DNA of 64,000 nt from a virus. A program made the translations under genes and the position numbers. Below the pieces are notes generated by a model. It saw only the letters and a program-made list of their open reading frames with translations. It made no database searches and was not told where the DNA came from. This document shows positions 1 through 8,875 of the stretch, in pieces. The first letter of the stretch is position 1; the number at the start of each line of letters is the position of its first letter. The stretch is from positions 40,854 to 104,853 of IMG/VR virus record IMGVR_UViG_3300046459_000427. One strand, written 5' to 3'.

Positions 1-713
1 TGAGAGTCCATGGCGTTCTTCCAGGCCGGACTGTTCTCGACTGTCTGGGCGGCCTGGGAGCGCAGGAGGCCGTAGCGCTTGACGAGGAGTTCAGCCTGCT
101 TCTGCTCGTCCTCGACGGCGGTCTTCCACTCGGCCGGGTAGAGGCTGCGGGGGTCGTCCGGCAGCTCGGGCGGGGTGATTTCCCAGCGGTCGGTGGTGAG
201 GTTGTACGCCGCGTAGGGGTGAATTGCCGCGATGCTGTGGGAGGTCGTGCCAGGGTTCAGGTAGTAGGTGACCTCGTACGTCTGGCCGTGGAAGTCGGTA
301 TTGGCGGTGGACGGCCACAGATTCTGCTTGAGGTCGTTGTTCAGGAGGTCGGCGAATTCCGATTCGGAGATCCCCTGGAAGGTCGGGTTGGTCTCGTAGA
401 ACTTCGGGAAGTCGACGCCGAAGAGGACATCGAGGTCGCCGTTTCCACGGTCTCCGGCCCACTGGTAGGAGATGCCGGATCCAGCGAGCCAGGCCGCTGA
501 CCAGGTACGGGAGCCCTTGTAGCGGGCGTCGAGGAAGTTGTTCAGGATGCCGAGGATGTGGTCGCGCACGTCGGGCTTGATGTGCTTGCCGTCGAAGATG
601 TGCGGGTCCAGTCCGCGCTGCGGCGTGCTGAAATAGCCGGATGCCCCCGAGTGAATGTCGGGCTGCGCTCCCTGGCTTACTGCTCGATTGAGGTAGAACT
701 CGTATCCGGCCAT
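1..713 (-). CDS. Pol-beta superfamily nucleotidyltransferase-like protein (partial, runs off window start)
   Basis: Own translation from ATG 713: MAGYEFYLNR...AWLAGSGISYQWAGDRGNGDLDVLFGVDF; GS...DxD catalytic signature; missing from ORF track because no stop lies in the window. Confidence 0.7.
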   Translation of the reverse strand, partial: MAGYEFYLNRAVSQGAQPDIHSGASGYFSTPQRGLDPHIFDGKHIKPDVRDHILGILNNFLDARYKGSRTWSAAWLAGSGISYQWAGDRGNGDLDVLFGVDFPKFYETNPTFQGISESEFADLLNNDLKQNLWPSTANTDFHGQTYEVTYYLNPGTTSHSIAAIHPYAAYNLTTDRWEITPPELPDDPRSLYPAEWKTAVEDEQKQAELLVKRYGLLRSQAAQTVENSPAWKNAMDS

Positions 714-738
714 GGTTTCGATTCTAGCTGGAATAGGG

Positions 739-773
739 AAAGCCCCCGATTCTGCAATTGAATCGGGGGCTTT
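739..773 (-). terminator. Rho-independent terminator-like hairpin
   Basis: AAAGCCCCCGATTC-N7-GAATCGGGGGCTTT inverted repeat just downstream of the 791..1177 gene. Confidence 0.7.
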
Positions 774-790
774 AGTAGTTGCTATTTCTC

Positions 791-1177
791 TCAGATCTTG
801 AGAGAAGCGCGGAGTTGTGCCTCCTGCGCCTGCCGCTGCATCGCCTGGCCGACCGCCATCATCTGCTGCTGGGTACGCTGGGCCGTCTCCATGACGGTCA
901 GGTCCTTCTGCACCACGGCGACGGCGCCGAAGATGTCGTCCGGGGTGGCTCCTCGCCGGGGGACGAACTTCTGGGTCAGGTCGCTGGTGGCGACGACTGC
1001 GCCGTCCAGGCCGACGGCGACGAGGAACGCGGTGGTGACCGGGGTGCCGATCTCGTCCTCGGCGGGCGGGTTCTCCTCCGCCATCTTGGCCAGGGCTGCC
1101 CGCTGCTCGTCGGTGAGATCGGTATGAAGCGCGTCGTCGTTCTTCGTGGGGGTCTGGCCGAGGATCGGGATGCTCAT
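791..1177 (-). CDS. Hypothetical protein
   Basis: Start trimmed to MSIPILGQ (ATG 1177, GGAG upstream); GC3-biased codons. Confidence 0.7.
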   Translation of the reverse strand: MSIPILGQTPTKNDDALHTDLTDEQRAALAKMAEENPPAEDEIGTPVTTAFLVAVGLDGAVVATSDLTQKFVPRRGATPDDIFGAVAVVQKDLTVMETAQRTQQQMMAVGQAMQRQAQEAQLRASLKI

Positions 1178-1205
1178 GAGTGCTCCAGGTGTGTGTCGGG
1201 TGGGG

Positions 1206-1691
1206 TTACTTGTAGAGTCCGGCCTTTTCGCGGGCGCTCTGTACGACCAGCGAGTGGACCGGGCAGAACTCGCAGAGGTAGCGGTCCTGGGCGGACTTGT
1301 ACCTCGGCAGGCCTGCCGCCTTGCGCTCGGCTGCGGTGTCCGGCGTGAGGCGCTTGGAGCCGGTCTTGTAGTCCGAGCAGCCGGGGTTGCGTGCGTGGGC
1401 CTTCCAGCAGGCGTGTGCGTCTTCCTGGAAGGTGTTCTTCGCCTCGTAGAAGGAGGTGTCGAAGCCGGTGTGGCCGGTCTTGTCGCGGATCTGGGAGATG
1501 ATCGCGTCGCGGGTGCTGGGGCTGTCCCAGTGCTTCTTCTCCACACGCAGCATCGGGTGCGCGATGTGGTTGGGGTGCTTCTGTACGAGCGCTTCCAGGA
1601 GGAAGTCGGCGCGGGGGTCGCCCTCGTAGTCGGGCAGTTCCTCCATAGACCCGCAGGTCTTGCAGAGAAGAAGCCGTATGTGCTCGGCCAT
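1206..1691 (-). CDS. Hypothetical Zn-binding protein
   Basis: CKTC, C..H...C, CEFC motifs; AAGGGA RBS. Confidence 0.75.
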   Translation of the reverse strand: MAEHIRLLLCKTCGSMEELPDYEGDPRADFLLEALVQKHPNHIAHPMLRVEKKHWDSPSTRDAIISQIRDKTGHTGFDTSFYEAKNTFQEDAHACWKAHARNPGCSDYKTGSKRLTPDTAAERKAAGLPRYKSAQDRYLCEFCPVHSLVVQSAREKAGLYK

Positions 1692-1705
1692 GGTGTCCCT
1701 TCGAA

Positions 1706-2311
1706 TCAGTACCAGTTAGTGGCCTGGGAGTGTGCCCAGGCGGTGCAGGGTGTCCCGTATACCGCCTTGATGTATCCGAGTCCCCATCGTATCTGGGTTA
1801 TTGCATTTGTTTGCCAATCCGAACCGGCGGAAGCCATCTTCGAACCGGGCAATGCCTGCGGGATTCCGTAGGCGCCGGAGGAGGGGTTTGTGGCGGTGAC
1901 TCGCCAGTTCGACTCCTTCTCCCAGAGCAGTTCCAGGCAGGAGAACTGTGCGGGGCCGACCTGTGCGAGGGCGTAGGCCTTCGGGGAGGTCGTGGCGACG
2001 ACGGCGCGTGTCGGGGTTGGTGACGCCCGGGGGGTCTTTGTGGGTTTTGGCTGGTGGGTCGGGGTGCTGCTCGGCTTCGGCTTGACGGTCTTGGTGACCT
2101 TGGGCGTAGGCGCCGGGGTGGTTGGGGGCGCCAGCTTGGGGCGGGTCATGGACCGGTTGGCGGTGTCCGGAGCTGATCGGGTGACGGCGGGTGCGGCGGC
2201 GATGCCGTTGTAGTCGACGGGCTGGTCCTGGCCGGTGATGGAGATGGCCGAGACGGCAGAAGCCGTAACAAGGATGGCGGACGCTGCTGCTGCGGCTACG
2301 CGGTAGCGCAT
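1706..2311 (-). CDS. Secreted lytic transglycosylase (SLT/lysozyme-like) with Pro/Thr linker
   Basis: N-terminal signal peptide; C-terminal LWEKESNW...SSGAYGIPQALPGSKM...QIRWGLGYI...YG typical of actinobacterial transglycosylases. Confidence 0.85.
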   Translation of the reverse strand: MRYRVAAAAASAILVTASAVSAISITGQDQPVDYNGIAAAPAVTRSAPDTANRSMTRPKLAPPTTPAPTPKVTKTVKPKPSSTPTHQPKPTKTPRASPTPTRAVVATTSPKAYALAQVGPAQFSCLELLWEKESNWRVTATNPSSGAYGIPQALPGSKMASAGSDWQTNAITQIRWGLGYIKAVYGTPCTAWAHSQATNWY

Positions 2312-2404
2312 GCGGTTGCCTCACGTTCGGGGACGTTCTTGCTCCTAGAACGTAACATCCCCACTACGGCATTGGAAGCCGTAATGAGGATGACGTTATT
2401 CAGA

Positions 2405-3295
2405 TCACGCCTTGACGGTGAACAGGCCGCTGGCCGTGGCCAGCTTCGTCAGGGACTGAAGGCCCGGGGCGCCCTTGGCGTCGTTGCCCTGGTAGCCCTT
2501 CTTCCGGCGGAAGAGGTCGTAGGCGTCCTGCGTCTTGGTGCCCCAGGAGCCGTCCACCCACCTCGCGTCCAGGTAGCCCAGCGCCGACAGCGCCTTCTCG
2601 ACGAGCAGGACATCGGCCTTGTGGGTCGTGTGGCCCGTGGCCGCCGGGAGATCGGCCTTGCGGGCCGCCACGACGTTGGAGACGTCCACGACCGGCTTGG
2701 CCGCAGGCTTCGGAGCGGGCTTGGCCGCAGGCTTCGGAGCGGGCTTCGGGGCGGCCGGAGTGGCCGAGGTATGAAGCGAAGGGTTCTGCGACTTCCACGC
2801 CGGGTCGGCCGACTCGATACCGCCCGGGTATTCCGGGTAGCCGTAGCCGTAGACGTGCGCATCGGTCCGGATATGGGTCTTCGAATAGACCCCGTCGCCT
2901 TCGGCTGAACCATTCACGTTCGTATTGCCTTCGACGGAATACACGTGAGTCGCGTCGAATCCGATGACGACCCCGGTGTGCTCACCGCCGCCCGGACCGT
3001 AGAAGACCTGCGCACCGATGGCGGGGTACTCGGACCAGCGCTTGCGGGCCTTGTACCAGGAAACGCCGGTAGCGCACGAGGCGGTAACCGGGTAGGAGCC
3101 CTTCGGCAGGCCCGCCGTCTGGAAAGCCCACGCCGCGAATACGGCGCACCAGGCACCCTCGACGTTGTCGACCCATTCCAGGCCGGGGACCTTGTCGGCG
3201 TACTTCTCGTGGTTGTTCCAGTGGCCGTTGGAATAGCCCTCGTGGTACCCCACCTCGGCCTTTACGACCTTGCTGAGAGTGTCGGTCAAAGACAT
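2405..3295 (-). CDS. Endolysin: CHAP peptidase plus C-terminal peptidoglycan-binding domain
   Basis: WCAVFAAW...EHTGVV...VEGN CHAP motifs; PAPK linker; VDGSWGTKTQDAY PG-binding motif. Confidence 0.85.
   Translation of the reverse strand: MSLTDTLSKVVKAEVGYHEGYSNGHWNNHEKYADKVPGLEWVDNVEGAWCAVFAAWAFQTAGLPKGSYPVTASCATGVSWYKARKRWSEYPAIGAQVFYGPGGGEHTGVVIGFDATHVYSVEGNTNVNGSAEGDGVYSKTHIRTDAHVYGYGYPEYPGGIESADPAWKSQNPSLHTSATPAAPKPAPKPAAKPAPKPAAKPVVDVSNVVAARKADLPAATGHTTHKADVLLVEKALSALGYLDARWVDGSWGTKTQDAYDLFRRKKGYQGNDAKGAPGLQSLTKLATASGLFTVKA
2694..2746. repeat. 24-bp tandem repeat (about 2.2 copies) encoding the endolysin PAPKPAAK linker
   Basis: GGCTTGGCCGCAGGCTTCGGAGCG repeated at 2694 and 2718. Confidence 0.85.
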
Positions 3296-3297
3296 GT

Positions 3298-3546
3298 TCA
3301 GAATCCTGCCTGCGATGGTGAGGTCTCGACGTAGTTGGGGGTGTGCACCGGCTGGCCGTCGGGACGGATCTTGACCTCGTCCTCATGGCGCCCGTACCAC
3401 ACGTCACTGAGGTCCAGGCGGGCCCGGGTCGTTGCGGAGGTCGTCACGCCGATACCGCCACGGTCGACGATGATCTTCTTGTACTTGCCGTCCGTCGCGC
3501 CCTCGTTGAGTTCCGCGTTCATGGACCGGGACTGGGCGTAAGCCAT
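3298..3546 (-). CDS. Hypothetical protein
   Basis: 82 aa ORF tightly packed in operon. Confidence 0.7.
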   Translation of the reverse strand: MAYAQSRSMNAELNEGATDGKYKKIIVDRGGIGVTTSATTRARLDLSDVWYGRHEDEVKIRPDGQPVHTPNYVETSPSQAGF

Positions 3547-3711
3547 TTACTTCGCTCGCTTTCCGTTACCGTTCGCGCCCCGGCGATCGTTGAAGATGGC
3601 CAGTGGCTTAGCGGCACCGGTCGAACCTTCTTGGACCGTGCGCTTGCTGTTGTCAGACATTCCAGGGCGCCGCTTGTCGTCGGCGCGGTGCGGCTTTCTG
3701 TGCTTGGCCAT
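3547..3711 (-). CDS. Small basic hypothetical protein (54 aa)
   Basis: Own translation MAKHRKPHRADDKRR...FNDRRGANGNGKRAK; start overlaps upstream stop (TGATG), fills gap exactly; below ORF-track cutoff. Confidence 0.65.
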   Translation of the reverse strand: MAKHRKPHRADDKRRPGMSDNSKRTVQEGSTGAAKPLAIFNDRRGANGNGKRAK

Positions 3712-4001
3712 CAAAAGCCCCCAAGGGTCGGCCTTGAACTTCCAGAATAGCCACCTATGCTGCCCACTCCGTTAGTCGGAGCCGGGAACTGGCTATTCAC
3801 TGAGAGCACGTCCTCTATTCCGAGGGCCGTGGTCCGGTATCCGTACTTCGGAGGAAACAAAGGACGGACGACAGGGGCGGGCGCTGCCTGCATGGCGAGC
3901 ACGTCGCCCGGGATATCGGCGACGCCGAGCGCGTCCGTGAGAATCCGCTCAGGAAGAGAGGCCCACGGACGCGTCCGGTCGTATATGGAATCCGCTTGCA
4001 T
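3711..4001 (-). CDS. Hypothetical protein
   Basis: 96 aa; stop/start overlaps on both sides. Confidence 0.7.
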   Translation of the reverse strand: MQADSIYDRTRPWASLPERILTDALGVADIPGDVLAMQAAPAPVVRPLFPPKYGYRTTALGIEDVLSVNSQFPAPTNGVGSIGGYSGSSRPTLGGF

Positions 4002-5257
4002 CAGAACAACTTCTGCTGGCCCGGGTGGACCTCGGTATGAAGCCCGTTCTTGCCGTAGGTGTTCAGCGAGGAGTCGTGGTTGTCACCACGGCGCCGCTTC
4101 TCCTCCGACCACTGCGCGGACTGCATGTTGGTCAGGGAGTTCAGTCCGCGCTCCTGCATGACGTTGCGGGCGACGTGGTCGTGGAAGGCGTGGATGCCCT
4201 TGATACCCATGTACGCCTGCTGGCTGCCGGAGCCCTTCTTGTCCTCCAGGTGCGGCGCGAAGGCACCACCACCGGAGTGCGTGTCCGACACCCAGAACTG
4301 TGAGGAGCCGTGCGGGTCCACCCACGAGTTGTGATAGGCGCCGACCTTCTCACCGGCCGTCGGCTTCCATGCGTTCGACAACTGCTTGCCGTTGAGGACC
4401 TGGTGCGTCACGTCGATCGCCAGGGCGTGGTTACGGGGGTACCCGTTGGCCGGGTAGGCGCGGGTGTCGCCTTCCTTCTTCACCAGTTGCGTGAACTGCT
4501 TGCCCGACTTCGAGGTGACGGTCTTCTCCACCTTGTCCTCGCGCGGGACGTAGTAGTCCTTGTGGTAGTGGTAGTCCTCGCCGGTCTTGCCGGATTTGGC
4601 CCACTGGATCGCGTGGCTGGCCGCCTGGTCGTTGGGGTAGACCGCCTTGCCCGTCTCCTTGTCCGGCCGCACGAACACGTTCTGCGGGGACGTGATGGCG
4701 TTCGCAGCGGCCTGAACGCCGAAGGGGACACCGTTCTCCTTGGCCGAGGTCTTCAGACGCGCACGCGGGCTCAGGGAACCGTCCCGGGTGTGGTCGTCGG
4801 CCGGGCTGTAGAACGAGTCGTGGTGCCCGCCCTCGTGCGCGTACGCACGGTCGACCTGAGAGGCCAGGGCGCGGTGAGCGGAGTCGGGGGTAACACCGAA
4901 CTTGGCGGCCGAGCGCAGCACGCGGGACTGCTCGGCAGGTGTGTGGTCCTCCCACCGACGGTTGACCGGCATCATGTCCCTGACCGGGTTCATGGTGTGC
5001 TGGCCGTGCCAGACATCAGACCCCTTCGGGCCCTCCAACTCCATCTGCCCGTGCAGGTTCGGAGCCTTGTCGGTGTTGCCCATCAGCCGGTACGACTGGC
5101 GGGGACTGGCTCCGGCTCCGGGCTTGTCCTGGATGGTCGTAAAGCGCTGCGGGTTGGCGGCCTCGTAGGACTGCCGCTTGGCCGAGGCGTCCTTGACGGT
5201 CTTGTTGTAGGCGCGGGTATCCGCAGCCTTCTGTGCTGGGGTCTTGCTCGCAGCCAT
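4001..5257 (-). CDS. Hypothetical phage protein (418 aa)
   Basis: GGAGG RBS, phage-like codon bias; C-terminal VSDTH...MQSAQW pattern; function unknown. Confidence 0.8.
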   Translation of the reverse strand: MAASKTPAQKAADTRAYNKTVKDASAKRQSYEAANPQRFTTIQDKPGAGASPRQSYRLMGNTDKAPNLHGQMELEGPKGSDVWHGQHTMNPVRDMMPVNRRWEDHTPAEQSRVLRSAAKFGVTPDSAHRALASQVDRAYAHEGGHHDSFYSPADDHTRDGSLSPRARLKTSAKENGVPFGVQAAANAITSPQNVFVRPDKETGKAVYPNDQAASHAIQWAKSGKTGEDYHYHKDYYVPREDKVEKTVTSKSGKQFTQLVKKEGDTRAYPANGYPRNHALAIDVTHQVLNGKQLSNAWKPTAGEKVGAYHNSWVDPHGSSQFWVSDTHSGGGAFAPHLEDKKGSGSQQAYMGIKGIHAFHDHVARNVMQERGLNSLTNMQSAQWSEEKRRRGDNHDSSLNTYGKNGLHTEVHPGQQKLF

Positions 5258-5261
5258 CGGG

Positions 5262-5816
5262 CTACCTCCACTGGTCTGGGGAGTTGTGGGGAGACGCCGA
5301 CGGCAGCAGCTTCCGCAGCCGTTCGGAGCGCACGGGGTCGATGTCGGCCATGACCTCGGCGATGCCGTACTTCTGCTGGAGAGCGGCCATCTCGGACGGG
5401 GACAGGGCGTTGACCTTGCCGCCGTGGGCGAGGCGTTCGGTGACGTCGCCCTTCTGTGTCCACTTCAGGCCCCGGGCCTGGTAGACCAGACCGGCCTGCG
5501 GGTTGACGGAGCCGACGTCAGGCCACGAGTAGTCGCCGGAGTCGATCTTGTCGCCCTTGTGGACGCCCCTTTGATAGGAGCGGTCGGTAAGGCGCTTCTG
5601 GACGCCCTTGAGCAGCCTGTCCTGGCGCCGGTCATTGATGGTGCCGAGATACCCGTCGGGATATTCGGCGGAAGGAACGCGACCACCCATGGCAGCGCGC
5701 CGGGCGTCCAGGGAATCGCGGAAGGAAAGAGCGTCTGCGCCTGCTCCGCCATTCGCACGAACCGGGGCGCCCGGCTGACCTATGCCCATAGGTGGCATGT
5801 ATTGCCAGTTAGACAT
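5262..5816 (-). CDS. Hypothetical protein
   Basis: 184 aa, operon packing. Confidence 0.75.
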   Translation of the reverse strand: MSNWQYMPPMGIGQPGAPVRANGGAGADALSFRDSLDARRAAMGGRVPSAEYPDGYLGTINDRRQDRLLKGVQKRLTDRSYQRGVHKGDKIDSGDYSWPDVGSVNPQAGLVYQARGLKWTQKGDVTERLAHGGKVNALSPSEMAALQQKYGIAEVMADIDPVRSERLRKLLPSASPHNSPDQWR

Positions 5817-5829
5817 GGCTGCCTACGAC

Positions 5830-6171
5830 CTACATTCCCTGTCGGTACTGACGCCGGAGGTAGAAGTCGCGGTTTCCGATAGCGGAGGGGACCACCACGG
5901 TGTTGCGCTGGACGAGTCCAGCCTCGGCAGCATTCGCCTGGTAGAGAACTGCGGTCGGGCGCAGGGAGGCGCCGTTCCGCTCCAGGATGTTCGGGCGGTG
6001 GGAAGCGGTAGCCGCCTCCAGGAATCCACCCTTGGACTGGTTCTTCTTCGGGACGGACCGGCCCTTGATGGGCTTGGCCACATTCCCGACCCGGGACGCT
6101 GCGGTACCCATGGTCGGACGCAACGACGGGTCATTCGTCGTCACGAGGTTGTCGCTCTTCTTCTTCGCCAC
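5830..6171 (-). CDS. Basic hypothetical protein
   Basis: Start trimmed to GTG 6171 (AAGGAG RBS upstream). Confidence 0.7.
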   Translation of the reverse strand: MAKKKSDNLVTTNDPSLRPTMGTAASRVGNVAKPIKGRSVPKKNQSKGGFLEAATASHRPNILERNGASLRPTAVLYQANAAEAGLVQRNTVVVPSAIGNRDFYLRRQYRQGM

Positions 6172-6181
6172 TTCTGGCTCC

Positions 6182-6460
6182 TTAGCCGCCGAGGGTTCGG
6201 TACGGGTTCTTGTCGATCCACAGCCGCTTGTCGTACGTCTGGGAGGAGGCACCATTCGCTGATGGCATTGATCCCCCGCCTATACGCCTTCGGTCGTAGT
6301 CCTGAGAGCCCAGACCGTTGGCGGAACCACGTACCTGGGTCTCGTCAAAGACTGAGGTCGGTGTGAATCGCTGGGTATGGACCGGCTGGGCCGACGGGTA
6401 CTTTGTTTCCATGGCACCAGTCGAAAAGGACCCATTTCGTCCGTCCGATACACCATTCAT
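6182..6460 (-). CDS. Hypothetical protein
   Basis: GGAGG RBS, 92 aa. Confidence 0.7.
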   Translation of the reverse strand: MNGVSDGRNGSFSTGAMETKYPSAQPVHTQRFTPTSVFDETQVRGSANGLGSQDYDRRRIGGGSMPSANGASSQTYDKRLWIDKNPYRTLGG

Positions 6461-6518
6461 TTCGCCTCCGTGGGATCCTTCCCAGTGTAAAGACGGAATG
6501 GCGGCGGTTTAGAACTCG

Positions 6519-6821
6519 TCAGTGGACGAGGATCCGCAGAAGGATCGCGCTGATTTCTCCGGCGTCGGGGGTGTTCACCGTGGTGAATCCGGGCCGGGTG
6601 TCGAGGACGATTCCCCGGGGTGCGACGAAACTGTTGGCGATAGCGATTGCCTTGACGCCCTGATTCACCGCTCCGGCACCGATGGCTCGCAGGGTCACAC
6701 GCTTACCGTCATAGACGGCGTGCGAGATGGCGCTGGCCACACTGGCGGCGGACGACGAACTCTTGACGCGGAGGATGACCTCGTTACCGGCCCCCTCGTC
6801 GGCGTCGAACTGAACTCCCAT
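6519..6821 (-). CDS. spoVS: Stage V sporulation protein S (SpoVS) family protein
   Basis: ILRVKSSS..SVASAI...RAIGAGAVNQGVKAIAIANSFVAPRG...PGF...SAI closely matches the SpoVS signature (AIGAGALNQAVKAVAIARGFVAPSG). Confidence 0.9.
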   Translation of the reverse strand: MGVQFDADEGAGNEVILRVKSSSSAASVASAISHAVYDGKRVTLRAIGAGAVNQGVKAIAIANSFVAPRGIVLDTRPGFTTVNTPDAGEISAILLRILVH

Positions 6822-6895
6822 TTGTGTCTCCTGTTGCTCCGATTTGCATCACATTTTGAGAATACGGAGCAGCAGGAATCTTGTGTTAATGACAA

Positions 6896-6929
6896 CAGGC
6901 CCCGAGGTGTCGTCTTCACCCGGGGCCTG
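6896..6929 (-). terminator. Terminator-like hairpin
   Basis: CAGGCCCCG...CGGGGCCTG inverted repeat after the Endo VII gene. Confidence 0.6.
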
Positions 6930-6944
6930 CTGCGCTTCTAGTTG

Positions 6945-7352
6945 TTACTTCTGGGAGATCCAGCGACCGATTTCCTGCGCCGGGGGGTTTTCGAGGTAGA
7001 CCTTGGCGCGGGTGAAGAACTCCGGGTCGTCGCGTGCGTGGCCCAGCAGGTCATTGCACGGCCGACACAAAAGGCCCCGTACGAGCAGCGTTTTGTGGTC
7101 GTGGTCGACGGACAGCCGTCGGGTGGCGCCGGTTGCTCTGCGGCAGATGGCGCACCGTCCGCCCTGGGCCTCGTACAAGGCGGTGTAGTCGCCCTCGCCG
7201 AGCCCGTAGGTGGTCTGTACGCGCTTCTCGTGGGCGGCCTTGCTGCGGCGCTTCTTCTCCTCGCGCCAGTGCGTGGCGCACCGTGGGCCGGGGTTGGGCG
7301 CTGGGCGCTTGCTCCCCGGCTCGCAGTCCTTGCAGACCTTGGTGTCGGTCAC
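6945..7352 (-). CDS. Recombination endonuclease VII family (HNH-like) protein
   Basis: YEAQGGRCAIC...LSVDHDHKT..VRGLLCRPCNDLLG; start GTG 7352 overlapping upstream stop. Confidence 0.9.
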   Translation of the reverse strand: MTDTKVCKDCEPGSKRPAPNPGPRCATHWREEKKRRSKAAHEKRVQTTYGLGEGDYTALYEAQGGRCAICRRATGATRRLSVDHDHKTLLVRGLLCRPCNDLLGHARDDPEFFTRAKVYLENPPAQEIGRWISQK

Positions 7353-7957
7353 GCGAAGGCCAGGATCTCCCTGACCTTGGTATGAAGGTCTTCGAGGGTG
7401 CCGTCGTTGACCAGGCGGACGTCGAACCACTTGTCCGGGAGGGGCTTCTCCGACTTGTGGTCGTTGACGGCGCCGATGCCGGGCCGGTCGATCTTGATGA
7501 GCAGGCCGAGGCGGGAGTCGATGGCGTGGTGCTCGTTCTCGAACCGCAGGTCGGTGAAGACGTACTTCTTGTTCTCGTCGAGGTTCTTGAAGGCGGCCTT
7601 GACCCACACGTTCTGGTCGATCATCTCGCGGCCGACCTCGGTGCCCAGGACCTGGAGCATCCGGCGGATCTCCTCGTACTGGCGCTTGGCGTCATCCCAG
7701 CCGAGGTTGTCCACGAGGTCCTGGACGCGGAGGTGGTAGCCGTACTCGTCGGTGATGATGATCGGGTTGAGGACGTACAGGGCCTCGCGGAGGTTGTCGG
7801 CGAAGGCGACGGCGGTGTAGCCGTAGTCGGCGAGGATCTTGGCGACGGTGTCCTTGCCTGCGCTCGGGTAGCCGTGGAGGCCGACGAACTGCGGGAGCCA
7901 GGACTCGATGATGTCGTGGCCGTCGGTGGCGGTGGCGGTGGCGGTGGCGGTGGTCAC
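7349..7957 (-). CDS. Deoxynucleoside monophosphate kinase
   Basis: GLHGYPSAGKDTVA P-loop; FADNLRE; RMLQVLGTEVGR; TDLRFENE. Confidence 0.9.
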   Translation of the reverse strand: MTTATATATATDGHDIIESWLPQFVGLHGYPSAGKDTVAKILADYGYTAVAFADNLREALYVLNPIIITDEYGYHLRVQDLVDNLGWDDAKRQYEEIRRMLQVLGTEVGREMIDQNVWVKAAFKNLDENKKYVFTDLRFENEHHAIDSRLGLLIKIDRPGIGAVNDHKSEKPLPDKWFDVRLVNDGTLEDLHTKVREILAFA

Positions 7958-8012
7958 TGGTTTTCTCCGTTGTTCGTGCTGCGTTCGACGGGGAGGGCGG
8001 TACGCGGGTTCA

Positions 8013-8168
8013 TCAGGGCATCAGGCACCGGGCGGGTACTTCCTTGACGGGCGCCCATCCGAACCAGGAGCAGGGTGCCTCGGCCCTGAATACGAGGCTG
8101 CCTGCCACGAGGACGGCGACGGCGATGCCGAAGAGGAGGCCGATGACGGAGTCGGTCTTTCTGCTCAT
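8013..8168 (-). CDS. Small membrane protein
   Basis: MSRKTDSVIGLLFGIAVAVLVAGSLVF: one TM helix; start overlaps thyX stop. Confidence 0.65.
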   Translation of the reverse strand: MSRKTDSVIGLLFGIAVAVLVAGSLVFRAEAPCSWFGWAPVKEVPARCLMP

Positions 8169-8875
8169 CAGGGGGCCACTCTTCCGTTGTTGGTGTAGGC
8201 GATGTAGGTGAGCGGGAAGTGCTCGGCGAACGCCTCCTCCATGTCCTGCGCGACCTTCTCGATCTCCTGCTGGGGGAAGGAGGGGAACGTGGCGGAGGGG
8301 ACGCGGGTGCGCAGGCCGAGGAAGTGCATCAGCGAGCGCGGGTTGCAGGTGGCGTAGAAGGAGGTGAACAGGCCGACCGGGAGGACGTCGCGGGCGATCT
8401 CCTTGGCGACTCCGGCCTTGAGCATCCGCTGGTACGAGGACCATGCGGTGCGGTAGGCCTGCTCGTGCTCCGCGCGGGTGATGCCGTACTGCTCGTCTGT
8501 GCCGTCCACGAAGGTGTAGGCGCCGGGCTTGCCCTCCTGCACGAGGGGGCGCGTGCGGTCGGGGACGTAGAAGACCGGCTCCAACTCCCTGTACCTTCCG
8601 CTGGTTTCGTTGTAACTCCAGCCGGAGCGGTGGCGCATGAACTCTCTGGCCACGAAGATCGGTGCCTCCACGAGGAAGGACAGTTGTCCGTGCTCGAAGG
8701 GGCTGCCGTGCCGGTCCCGCATCAGGTAGTTGATCAGGCCGGAGGCCTCCCCCGACTCCGCCGCAGCAGAGCCGAGGGTGGACACGCGGGCCGCCTGGCA
8801 GATCTTCGCGTCGGACCCGGCGAGGTTGTCCAGGTCGAGTGTCGCGGTGATCTCGGAGCGCTGGGAGATCGTCAC
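8168..8875 (-). CDS. thyX: FAD-dependent thymidylate synthase
   Basis: RHGSPFEH, REFMRHRSGWSYNETSGRY, EIARDVLP, QQEI motifs; start GTG 8875. Confidence 0.95.
   Translation of the reverse strand: MTISQRSEITATLDLDNLAGSDAKICQAARVSTLGSAAAESGEASGLINYLMRDRHGSPFEHGQLSFLVEAPIFVAREFMRHRSGWSYNETSGRYRELEPVFYVPDRTRPLVQEGKPGAYTFVDGTDEQYGITRAEHEQAYRTAWSSYQRMLKAGVAKEIARDVLPVGLFTSFYATCNPRSLMHFLGLRTRVPSATFPSFPQQEIEKVAQDMEEAFAEHFPLTYIAYTNNGRVAP

Noticed and set aside
7925-7952. (GGTGGC)n simple repeat as a phase-variation switch
   Set aside because: Unit length 6 keeps the frame; it only alters a Thr-Ala N-terminal tail
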